A stretch of 40,708 nucleotides of DNA from an uncultured Candidatus Saccharibacteria bacterium (GCA_964362315.1 CAYIDV010000001.1:9263-49970); one strand, 5' to 3'; shown: positions 32,784-40,430, numbered from the stretch's first letter. A program made the numbers and translations. The notes: generated by a model not told the origin, from the sequence alone.

Positions 32784-35495
32784 TTAGGCCGTATTAATTT
32801 TATCTATAACATCTTTCAAATTGTCTGCTTCCTTATTTTTACCTGCTAATCTTAATCTATCAAGCTCATCTCTCATTTCAGACATTTTTACAGGATCAGT
32901 AACCCACTTCTTTAACTCATTAAACTTAGATGTAGGCAACCTGTCTATTTGTTTGCCTAAAGATTTTGCCCTTATATTTCTTAGGAATGCTACATTTCCC
33001 ATTGCGCTCTTTGACAAGTTTGATATCTTATCTGTCCTTTGGTAATCTTCATTAACTAACTCTTGCTCAGCATCGCCATATGTCGTTTGCCAGGGCAAAT
33101 TTTTTGTTACGGCAATTTCTCTTGCTCTTCTCTCTATTGCTGGTCTGTCATATTTCCTGTATAGAGGATTTGACTTTATGGCCTCTCGTAAAGTATTTGA
33201 GCGATATTTGTCGTTTGATTCTTGCATCAATTCTCCAACAACCTTATAGTCGTCATCAATCATATCAAGTATATTTCTTTTATTTGCTTCATGCAAAAAC
33301 TTTGCTCCTCTGGCAGTTTTTTCTTTAGCCTCCTTTATAACGTCTTTGTCGCTCATATTTTCTATATTATCTATTTTCATCATAGCAAAGTTATGAGATT
33401 GCACATCTCTTGTAGCCTTTGTCTGGGCTTCTCCCAAAGACATTCCATTTTTTATGTCTTGGTCATACCTTGCCATAAATTCTTTAAATTTCTTTGCATC
33501 AACCAAATCGGCATTGTTTTTGGTGAAATCGCTTCCTGAAATTCCAAATCTCATTGCATTATTCATGGCTTCCTGCTGTTTTTCTTTGTTGCCGAGCAAA
33601 TAAAGCGCATCATTTTGGGCTAACACAGTATCAATAGCGGCTCGTTCCTCATCAAATACTGCGCTTTTTCTCATGTTAAATAGCGCTTGACTGCCTCTAT
33701 TTTCTTGCACGGCTTTATATCTTTTTAATGGTTCTTCCGTCTTTTTTCTGTTTCTTTCTTGTTGCGCTAAATCAGCAGTTCCCGGGTCAATTGCCCCACT
33801 CCATTCTCCCACCCTTGTTGCCCAGTCAGACACTGTTGCCTTAATATTGCTTCTGCCACTTAATACAATACCCGCGCCCCTTAATGCAGTTGCCATTCCA
33901 TTTAGCGCCATATCTGTTGTAGCTCCTGCGCCAGTTGTTATTCCCTTCCATGCCACTGGTGCACCAGTTTTTATTCCTTGCCAAACAGAGCCTGGCGCAG
34001 CGTTTATTGAATTCTTTGTAGCTTCCCACCCGTTTCTCCATACATTTGGATCTTTTATAGCTGAAACAGCAGCTCCTCCAGTTTGCCATAGGGCACTTAC
34101 ACCGCTCATCAATGCCCCTGGAGCGGCTTTTATCCCTCTTAATCCCACTCCTGGCGCAGCTTTTAGCCCTTCCCACCCAGCTCTTGCTCCAGTTCTTATA
34201 CCTCGTGCTCCAGCTCTTATACCTCGTGCTCCTGTTTTTATGCCTTCCAAACTAAAAGCTTTGCCAGCCGCTGATTTAATGCCGCTTGCCATACTTTTCC
34301 ATCCCTCCTTACTCCCTAATTTGGTTAATCCCTTCCCGCCCATCTTTAATGCCCCTTTTCCTACTGTTCCCGCCAGAGAAGCGCCGCCAGTGATAATTGC
34401 TGCTACAATTGCGGCGGTGGCTGCCATTACCAATTTAGCTATGGCGCTGGATTTCATTGCCAATTTTAGGCCAATGAGCATAAACATTAAAACAATTAAA
34501 AGATGAGTCGTATTTTTGACAAGTGCTATATAGATGGCTTGTGCTCCACTTGTATCTATAAATTCAGGGTTGAAAGATGCAAGCACATCCATAGCTAATC
34601 TTAAAAAAAAGGTTGCTATCAACCCGGCAAAACACCATTTCAAGAATTGCTGCCACCAAGTGCTCCAAGCCTTCTTTGCCCCCTCAAAAGGAAAAACCCT
34701 TAAGGCAAAAGCCAAGGGCGACAAAATAAACAAAATTGCCAACATAGCGTATCTTATTACATATGTTAATATTAGCCAGAAAAAAGTTGCCGCAACCGTA
34801 AGATGAATCAAACCAAGATAAGAGCTAATCCCAAAAAACTCTGCCGCCTTCACTATATCAGGAGTCCTTTTATCTAATTCTCCCCAGATTGCATGTATTT
34901 GACCTACCATCCCAGTTGAAGAATCAACAGTGTTAATTCCCAAAAAACTTAGCATAGCGATATTGGCTATATCAATCATAAAGCCGACAAATACTAAAGA
35001 AAAATTGATTAAAAGAGCGGTTATTAACAAAGGAACTAATAATTTTTTGTACTGGTCCAAACTTAAAATGAAAGCCACGGCCACCCCTATGAATCCCAGC
35101 GTTAAAATTATATTGGCCCATAATTTTACAGCATTCCAGGCAGCTACAAAAACAGGGGCTAAATAAGAAGTGTCAATATTTGTTATTGCCCATCTGCCCA
35201 ACTCATCTTTTAAAAGAATATTGGTAACAGCACTAAATACATAAGACAAAACATAAGCAGCGGTGTAACCAATATAATAAATAGAATAGGCAAGTCCTTC
35301 TAATATTGCAATCGCAATCTGTTCTAAACTAGGAATAACTGCTTTAATACCTGCAAAACCTAGACGCAATACTTTGGCTATGGGGCCGAATTGAGCTTCT
35401 ACTCTGTTTGGCAGTAAAATTCCTAATAAAACAAAAAACAAAACAAGAGAAAACCCTATTCTTTTATGTTTTAACAAAGAGTTAAAAATGGACAT
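32784..35495 (-). CDS. Large polytopic membrane protein (VirB6/TrbL-like role inferred) with a Gly/Ala-rich repeat linker and a soluble C-terminal domain
   Basis: The product is 903 aa. The first ~370 aa hold at least 8 hydrophobic segments. GARGIRAGARGIRTGARAGWEGLKAAPG repeats follow, then a charged domain of about 350 aa. The role is inferred from its position next to VirB4/PrgI-like genes. Confidence 0.45.
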   Translation of the reverse strand: MSIFNSLLKHKRIGFSLVLFFVLLGILLPNRVEAQFGPIAKVLRLGFAGIKAVIPSLEQIAIAILEGLAYSIYYIGYTAAYVLSYVFSAVTNILLKDELGRWAITNIDTSYLAPVFVAAWNAVKLWANIILTLGFIGVAVAFILSLDQYKKLLVPLLITALLINFSLVFVGFMIDIANIAMLSFLGINTVDSSTGMVGQIHAIWGELDKRTPDIVKAAEFFGISSYLGLIHLTVAATFFWLILTYVIRYAMLAILFILSPLAFALRVFPFEGAKKAWSTWWQQFLKWCFAGLIATFFLRLAMDVLASFNPEFIDTSGAQAIYIALVKNTTHLLIVLMFMLIGLKLAMKSSAIAKLVMAATAAIVAAIITGGASLAGTVGKGALKMGGKGLTKLGSKEGWKSMASGIKSAAGKAFSLEGIKTGARGIRAGARGIRTGARAGWEGLKAAPGVGLRGIKAAPGALMSGVSALWQTGGAAVSAIKDPNVWRNGWEATKNSINAAPGSVWQGIKTGAPVAWKGITTGAGATTDMALNGMATALRGAGIVLSGRSNIKATVSDWATRVGEWSGAIDPGTADLAQQERNRKKTEEPLKRYKAVQENRGSQALFNMRKSAVFDEERAAIDTVLAQNDALYLLGNKEKQQEAMNNAMRFGISGSDFTKNNADLVDAKKFKEFMARYDQDIKNGMSLGEAQTKATRDVQSHNFAMMKIDNIENMSDKDVIKEAKEKTARGAKFLHEANKRNILDMIDDDYKVVGELMQESNDKYRSNTLREAIKSNPLYRKYDRPAIERRAREIAVTKNLPWQTTYGDAEQELVNEDYQRTDKISNLSKSAMGNVAFLRNIRAKSLGKQIDRLPTSKFNELKKWVTDPVKMSEMRDELDRLRLAGKNKEADNLKDVIDKINTA
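34186..34248. repeat. Three tandem 21-nt units inside the 903-aa gene
   Basis: The units are GCTCCAGTTCTTATACCTCGT / GCTCCAGCTCTTATACCTCGT / GCTCCTGTTTTTATGCCTTCC. They encode the (A/T)GARGIR repeats. Confidence 0.8.
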
Positions 35496-35605
35496 ATTTT
35501 GAATATTTATTGATTATATCATAAATTAAACAGTCAACGAGCTGTTAATATCCACAACCAAGATTCATTAACTATTTTGATACTAAGGACTATTAAGTTT
35601 CAAAT

Positions 35606-35651
35606 AAAACACTCTGCAATTCTCACAGGTGTGAGAATTGCAGAGTGTTTT
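35606..35651. repeat. 46-nt palindrome with core TCACAGGTGTGA
   Basis: AAAACACTCTGCAATTCTCACAG/GTGTGAGAATTGCAGAGTGTTTT forms 22 bp with a GG centre. It lies 50 nt downstream of the stop of 35701-36228. Confidence 0.95.
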
Positions 35652-35700
35652 ATAATTAGGGAATGCTTTAAGATTTTATAGATATTGTATTTGATTAGAG

Positions 35701-36228
35701 TCATATTTCTTCAATTAAAAATATTTTTACGTATTGGTCTAAAGAATGTAATTGCAATAATTGTTCTGTGTTTTCAGAAACATCATAAGGGGTTATCCAT
35801 ACACTTTGCTGAAACATTTTATATCCTAAATTTTTCAAAATACTTCTTAATAGATCCCTAGATTTTCTATATTTGGCAGGCATATCAAAAATTAACATTA
35901 TCCATTTACTGTCTTTCCTTTTCTTTTTCGTTTCAACTCTAAAACTTGATTTGAGAGCCTTGTCTATCCCCTTTTTAGTAATAATAATCCCTCTTTTACC
36001 CTCTAAGTTTTTAGCTTTTATATAATTTTTTCTCTTCAAATAAATTATTAATTTGTAGAATTTTTCTCTGCCGATTTGCTTAAGATATTTATATGAAATG
36101 GAATCTTTAGGGCCAAGCAAAACAGTTTTTATTGTGGGGTATGGGTAAAATTCTGGAATACTATCAACAGTTCTTTCCAAAAAATTATATAGATCCCAAA
36201 GAAATTTATCTGTAATTCTTGTTTTCAT
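35701..36228 (-). CDS. wHTH + Cas2-like (PaaX-like) small DNA-binding protein, copy 2
   Basis: The product is 175 aa. Its C-terminal 75 aa are nearly identical to copy 1 (WIMLIFDMPAKYRKSRDLLRSILKNLGYKMFQQSVWITPYDVSENTEQLLQL...). The N-terminal half is more diverged. Confidence 0.6.
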   Translation of the reverse strand: MKTRITDKFLWDLYNFLERTVDSIPEFYPYPTIKTVLLGPKDSISYKYLKQIGREKFYKLIIYLKRKNYIKAKNLEGKRGIIITKKGIDKALKSSFRVETKKKRKDSKWIMLIFDMPAKYRKSRDLLRSILKNLGYKMFQQSVWITPYDVSENTEQLLQLHSLDQYVKIFLIEEI

Positions 36229-36270
36229 TTTCTACTTAATTTTACCATTCGGCAAAATATCCCACAATAC

Positions 36271-36316
36271 AAAATACACCACAATACTCACAGCTGTGAA
36301 TATTGTGGTGTATTTT
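36271..36316. repeat. 46-nt palindrome with core TCACAGCTGTGA (one mismatch)
   Basis: AAAATACACCACAATACTCACAG|CTGTGAATATTGTGGTGTATTTT lies 43 nt upstream of the start of 35701-36228. A partial extra copy of the left arm lies at 36250-36270. Confidence 0.9.
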
Positions 36317-36379
36317 GCCGACTATTAGGCTATAAACTGACTGTCGACTTGGCTAAAGGCTATTTAACAATTTTAAATT

Positions 36380-37258
36380 TTATATGTTTATAGACTGACT
36401 ATTAGCTAACTTTTCCCAGTCAAGAACGCTTAAAGTTTCTGCCCTTTGTTTTGGATTTATTTTATTTTTTAAAAGCCAGGCATTTACCTGGATTTTATCA
36501 ATTTTTAATGAACCAGACAGGTTATTTGCCAATTGTTTTCTGGGTTGGGAAAATCCGGCTTTAACTATTTTAAAGAATTTTTTGGCATCTATTTTAAGGT
36601 TTTTAATATCTGATATTTTAATGATGGCCGAGTCAATTTTTGGGGCGGGCCAAAAACATTTTTTTGAAATATAAGAAATTATCTTTGGTTTTGCGTAAAA
36701 CTGAACAGAAACCGCCAACAAACTCATTCTTGCCCCCACACCAGAAGTTCTTTTAGAACTTTGGTGTGGGGGTGAAGGCGGTCTGGCGCAAATTCTTTGC
36801 GCTACCTCCTTTTGAATCATTAAAATAATTTTGTCAGGAGGGTTTTTTGACTCCAAAAATTTTCTTATAAGAGGCGAAGTTAAATAATAGGGAATATTAG
36901 CAACTAACTTGTAGCTTTTAGCTTTTAGATTATAGCTTTTAGGGTTAAATTTTAAAATATTATCATTGATAGTTTCTATGTTTTTGTAATCTTTCAGTGT
37001 TTCTTTTAAAATTTCAATCATTAACTTGTCCTTTTCTACAGTAATAACTTTACCCGCTCTTTTGGCCAATTCTTTTGTAAGAGTTCCTATGCCCGGCCCC
37101 ACTTCCAAAATAATGTCTTTTGCAGTCAGTTCAGCCGCTTCAATTATCTTATTTAAAGCTCCTTGGTTTACTAAAAAATTTTGGCCCATTATTTTTGAAG
37201 GCCTGTTTTTGTATTTTGATAGCAGCAGTTTTATAGTTTTAACAGAAAGTAGGTTCAT
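36380..37258 (-). CDS. rsmA: 16S rRNA (adenine1518/1519-N6)-dimethyltransferase
   Basis: The 292-aa product contains GQNFL, the SAM-binding motif EVGPGIGTLT, NIPY, and FWPAPKIDSAII. It also carries an extra segment, PSPPHQSSKRTSGVGAR. Confidence 0.93.
   Translation of the reverse strand: MNLLSVKTIKLLLSKYKNRPSKIMGQNFLVNQGALNKIIEAAELTAKDIILEVGPGIGTLTKELAKRAGKVITVEKDKLMIEILKETLKDYKNIETINDNILKFNPKSYNLKAKSYKLVANIPYYLTSPLIRKFLESKNPPDKIILMIQKEVAQRICARPPSPPHQSSKRTSGVGARMSLLAVSVQFYAKPKIISYISKKCFWPAPKIDSAIIKISDIKNLKIDAKKFFKIVKAGFSQPRKQLANNLSGSLKIDKIQVNAWLLKNKINPKQRAETLSVLDWEKLANSQSINI
36733..36772. repeat. 40-nt hairpin palindrome inside the rsmA coding sequence
   Basis: CCCCCACACCAGAAGTTCTTTTAGAACTTTGGTGTGGGGG forms 18 bp with one bulge and a 3-nt loop. 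It coincides with the extra peptide in RsmA. Confidence 0.85.
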
Positions 37259-37286
37259 TTTTAGATTATAGCAAAAATATTAGAGT

Positions 37287-37295
37287 TGTGGATAA
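37287..37295 (-). promoter_or_regulatory. Perfect DnaA-box 9-mer (TGTGGATAA on the plus strand)
   Basis: This is an exact consensus match that overlaps the GTG start of the M23 peptidase gene. Its function is unknown. Confidence 0.3.
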
Positions 37296-38466
37296 AAACT
37301 TGACCGAGGCAGTGTTAAGTGCTAACCTTACCGTATCAAAATCAAAGCAAAACATTTTGTTTACATTTTTTAAAAGAAAATTTAAGCAGATAAAACTACG
37401 AGGGTTTTTCAAAAATCCTTTTCTTTATTTACCTTATAAAAAACCACGCCGTTCTATTGACGGAGGTTTTTATTTTGGGTTATCTTGCTTTGTTTTATTG
37501 GGATTATTGTTTTTGTCATCTGCCAACTTGAATAAATTAAGTTATTTTGAAAACGGAGACACATTATTTAAATCATTTTTTCAGAATAATTCAAACTCCC
37601 AAGACAACAGTTTATTTTTTGACCAAAACAAAGCCTTGGCGCTGGAAACTCCTGACTTGAAAATAGGAGATAATTTTATTTACGGAATTTCCACTCCCAG
37701 AGTCTTAACCACCCAAACCCTGGGAGATATTTTTGGGGAATTTTCCAAAAAACAGGAAATTACAGACTACACTGTGCAGCCGGGCGACACTATAAAGTTA
37801 TTAGCCAAAGAATTTAAAGTTCCCCCAGAAACTATTGCCGATGCAAACAAAGTTTCAAAAGACTCCCCCCTGCAAGTAGGGCAGAATCTTGTTATTTTGT
37901 CAGTTCCCGGAGTTATACACGTTGTCAAATCGGGAGACACCATAAACCAAATAGGCAAAACCTATAAAGCCAAAACAGATGACATAATTGCCTTTAATAA
38001 TCTGACAAACGAATTAGATATTTTTATAGGAGATATTCTAATTGTTCCAGATGGCGTAATGCCTAAAAAGCCAGCACCTTCTATTGCCAAAGCTCCATTG
38101 CCAGACACCTTCTTTATTTATCCTACAGAAGGCATAATTACGCAGGGTCTCCATTACTACAATGCAGTTGATATTGCCAATAAATTAGGAACGCCTGTTT
38201 ATGCGGCAGCTTCCGGTATAGTGCAGAGAGTCAGATATGACTACAGGTACGGAAATTATCTAACAATTTTACATAACAATGGAGTAGTGACTTATTATGG
38301 CCATTTGCAAAATATTTTTGTCAAATCCGGAGACAATGTTACTGTTGGAGATAGAATTGCATTTATGGGAAACACAGGGAGTAAATCAACTGGCTACCAC
38401 CTGCACTTTGGGGTTTCAGGAGACAGGAATCCTTTAGCTGGGAAATCATCCATTAAGTATAAGTAG
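37288..38466 (+). CDS. LysM-domain M23-family peptidoglycan endopeptidase
   Basis: It uses a GTG start and has a TM anchor. There are two LysM repeats (YTVQPGDTIKLLAKEF and HVVKSGDTINQIGKTY). The M23 motifs are HYYNAVD and GNTGSKSTGYHLHF. Confidence 0.88.
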   Translation: MDKNLTEAVLSANLTVSKSKQNILFTFFKRKFKQIKLRGFFKNPFLYLPYKKPRRSIDGGFYFGLSCFVLLGLLFLSSANLNKLSYFENGDTLFKSFFQNNSNSQDNSLFFDQNKALALETPDLKIGDNFIYGISTPRVLTTQTLGDIFGEFSKKQEITDYTVQPGDTIKLLAKEFKVPPETIADANKVSKDSPLQVGQNLVILSVPGVIHVVKSGDTINQIGKTYKAKTDDIIAFNNLTNELDIFIGDILIVPDGVMPKKPAPSIAKAPLPDTFFIYPTEGIITQGLHYYNAVDIANKLGTPVYAAASGIVQRVRYDYRYGNYLTILHNNGVVTYYGHLQNIFVKSGDNVTVGDRIAFMGNTGSKSTGYHLHFGVSGDRNPLAGKSSIKYK

Positions 38467-38469
38467 CTA

Positions 38470-38515
38470 TTTTAACGGCTCTCATCCGCCAGCTGGCGGA
38501 TGAGAGCCGTTAAAA
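38470..38515. repeat. Perfect 46-nt palindrome centred on CAGCTG
   Basis: TTTTAACGGCTCTCATCCGCCAG|CTGGCGGATGAGAGCCGTTAAAA starts 4 nt after the peptidase stop. Confidence 0.95.
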
Positions 38516-38525
38516 ACAGTCAATT

Positions 38526-38560
38526 AAACGGCTAAAATGGCAATTTTAGCCGTTTTTTCT
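38526..38560 (+). terminator. Rho-independent terminator of the M23 peptidase gene
   Basis: AAACGGCTAAAAT-GGCA-ATTTTAGCCGTTT is followed by TTTCTGGTTTTTT. Confidence 0.7.
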
Positions 38561-38576
38561 GGTTTTTTATACCCAA

Positions 38577-38624
38577 AAACCCCCTGCAAAAAGTTGACGA
38601 CCGTCAATTTTTTGCAGGGGGTTT
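38577..38624. repeat. 48-nt hairpin palindrome (23-bp stem)
   Basis: AAACCCCCTGCAAAAAGTTGACG-AC-CGTCAATTTTTTGCAGGGGGTTT has one G-T pair. Its CCTGCAAAA...TTTTGCAGG motif is shared with the hairpin at 40395-40424. Confidence 0.9.
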
Positions 38625-38688
38625 AATATTGACGGGGTCGGACCCCGCCTAACTATTTTTAATCACAAGAACAGGTAAACATTTCAAT

Positions 38689-38728
38689 CACAAAAATTCA
38701 ATGGCTCACTCGAGTGAGCCATTGAATT
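38689..38728 (-). terminator. Rho-independent terminator of comM
   Basis: AATTCAATGGCTCACTCGAGTGAGCCATTGAATT is a perfect 34-nt palindrome, followed on the minus strand by TTTTTG. Confidence 0.7.
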
Positions 38729-38740
38729 ATTTAGTTTAAC

Positions 38741-40327
38741 CTACTCTTTAAGTCGGTACATTAAAGCTTCCGCCACGTGTTCTTTCTGGATATTTTCACT
38801 ATCTGCCAAATCGGCAATGGTTCTGGCTACTTTTAAAACCCTATGGTAGCCTCTAGCCGAAAGCTTTCCCGAATCCACATATCTTTTCAAAAGATTCTGA
38901 GATTCAAAATCATGCTGGCAGTATTTTTTAATTTCGGGGATGTTCATTTCTGAGTTGACCAAAATTTTATCATTTTTAAACCTTTCTTTTTGGATTTCCC
39001 TTGCCTTGGCTATTTTATTTCTTAAAACTTGGCCTTGATTTTGGCTAACTTCAGCCGCTAATTTTTCATATTTTACTGCTGGCACCTCAATAAAAATGTC
39101 TATTCTGTCCATTAGGGGTCCTGAAAGTTTTCTTTTATACATTGCCACTTGGGAACTGGTGCAAGAACAGGGATTTTCTGGACTGTTTAAGTAGCCGCAG
39201 GGACAGGGGTTGGAAGCGGCAATCAAGGTAAAACGGCTGGGAAAAGTAAGAGTGTTTTTGGCTCTGGAAACAGTGATTTTTCCGTCTTCTATGGGCTGGC
39301 GCAAAGATTCAAGGGCGTCTCGGTGGAATTCCGGAAACTCGTCTAAAAACAAAATTCCCCGATGGGCTAAAGTCATTTCTCCGGGCCTGGGCGGATTTCC
39401 CCCGCCTATTAAAGCTGCTTCAGATAAAGTGTGGTGAGGTGAGCGAAAGGGTCTGGCGTTGACCAAGATTTGATTTTCTCTTAACAATCCGGCAACGCTG
39501 TAGATTTTGGTAACTTCCAGGGATTCGGCAAAAGTTAGGGGAGGCAAAATTGAAGGCAAAGATTTTGCTAATAGACTTTTGCCTCCTCCCGGCGGCCCAA
39601 AGAAAAATAAGTTATGGGCTCCAGCAGCTGAAATCTCTAAGGCCCTTTTAGCATATTCTTGTCCCTTTATCCAGCTAATATCAACAGAGTTATCTGAATT
39701 TTCGTTGGTATTTTCAAACAAGTATTCTGAGGAAAACGGCTCAATTGGTTTTCTGTTTTCTAAATAAGCCAAGGCCTCAGTTAAAGACTCAACTCCGATT
39801 ACCTTTACTTCGTTAGAAATTTTTTCGTTAAAATTCTTACCGTTAGATTTCTCATTAAAATTTCTAACGGGGCTTACCAAACTAGCCTCCCTGGCATTTT
39901 GTTTTGGTAAAATTATTTCTTTTATTCCCAGATTTTTAGCCAACAAGGCAAAAGACAAAGCTCCTTTGACCGGCCTTAAGGTTCCATCTAAGGACAGCTC
40001 CCCCAAAAATATTTTGTCTTCTGGATTAAAATAGGTTTGTTTTGAACTCAATAAAAAAGCCAAGGCAATTGGTAAATCGTATAACGAACCTTCTTTTTTT
40101 AAGTCAGCTGGCGCCAGATTTACCAAAATTCTAAAAGGTCTTTGGTAAGGCGACAGCAATTTGGAGGTTTTGATTGCAGATTCTATTCTTTCTTTAGATT
40201 CCTCCACCGCTTTATCGGGAAGCCCCACAATAGAAAAAGAGCGCAGGCCATGAGAGACGTCAATCTCCACTTCTACGGGCCTGGCGTCTAAACCGACAAT
40301 GGCGGCTGAATATACTTTTGAGGGCAT
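38741..40327 (-). CDS. comM: YifB/ComM-family Mg-chelatase-like AAA+ ATPase
   Basis: The 528-aa product has an N-terminal Lon-protease-like domain (VEVEIDVSHGL..FSIVGLPD), the Walker A GPPGGGKS and the Walker B ILFLDEFPEF. It carries an extra NFNEKSNGKNFNEKISNE segment. Confidence 0.93.
   Translation of the reverse strand: MPSKVYSAAIVGLDARPVEVEIDVSHGLRSFSIVGLPDKAVEESKERIESAIKTSKLLSPYQRPFRILVNLAPADLKKEGSLYDLPIALAFLLSSKQTYFNPEDKIFLGELSLDGTLRPVKGALSFALLAKNLGIKEIILPKQNAREASLVSPVRNFNEKSNGKNFNEKISNEVKVIGVESLTEALAYLENRKPIEPFSSEYLFENTNENSDNSVDISWIKGQEYAKRALEISAAGAHNLFFFGPPGGGKSLLAKSLPSILPPLTFAESLEVTKIYSVAGLLRENQILVNARPFRSPHHTLSEAALIGGGNPPRPGEMTLAHRGILFLDEFPEFHRDALESLRQPIEDGKITVSRAKNTLTFPSRFTLIAASNPCPCGYLNSPENPCSCTSSQVAMYKRKLSGPLMDRIDIFIEVPAVKYEKLAAEVSQNQGQVLRNKIAKAREIQKERFKNDKILVNSEMNIPEIKKYCQHDFESQNLLKRYVDSGKLSARGYHRVLKVARTIADLADSENIQKEHVAEALMYRLKE
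39811..39872. repeat. Inverted-repeat mini-element inside the comM coding sequence
   Basis: CGTTAGAAATTTT (39811-39823) pairs with AAAATTTCTAACG (39857-39869). The right end AAATTTCTAACGGGG is identical to 23151-23165, and the left end is identical to 23036-23048. Confidence 0.8.
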
Positions 40328-40387
40328 TATAATAAAATCAAATATTAAATATAAAAGATTAAAATTATTTTATCAGATTTTGAGAAA

Positions 40388-40424
40388 GAAAAAAGCCCTG
40401 CAAAACTAAGAAATTTTGCAGGGC
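40388..40424 (-). terminator. Rho-independent terminator of the zinc-ribbon repeat gene
   Basis: The minus strand reads GCCCTGCAAAA-TTTCTTAG-TTTTGCAGGGC followed by TTTTTTCTTTC. Confidence 0.7.
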
Positions 40425-40430
40425 GGGTTT

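Noticed and set aside
33847-34506. 219-aa plus-strand ORF rich in Ala/Pro
   Set aside because: It lies antisense to the Gly/Ala-repeat part of the 903-aa gene. A locally GC-rich repeat keeps the opposite frame open, and there is no start context or independent signal. ORFs 31641-32123 and 31802-32071, antisense to the GC-rich SPFH-like gene, are rejected for the same reason.
6357-36316. The two palindrome-bracketed Cas2-like modules as the boundaries of a ~30-kb mobile island
   Set aside because: The interval contains dnaA, dnaN, the oriC candidates, rpmH-rnpA-yidC, ruvB, ruvC and other core genes at backbone composition. The two modules are better read as independent copies of a small unit.
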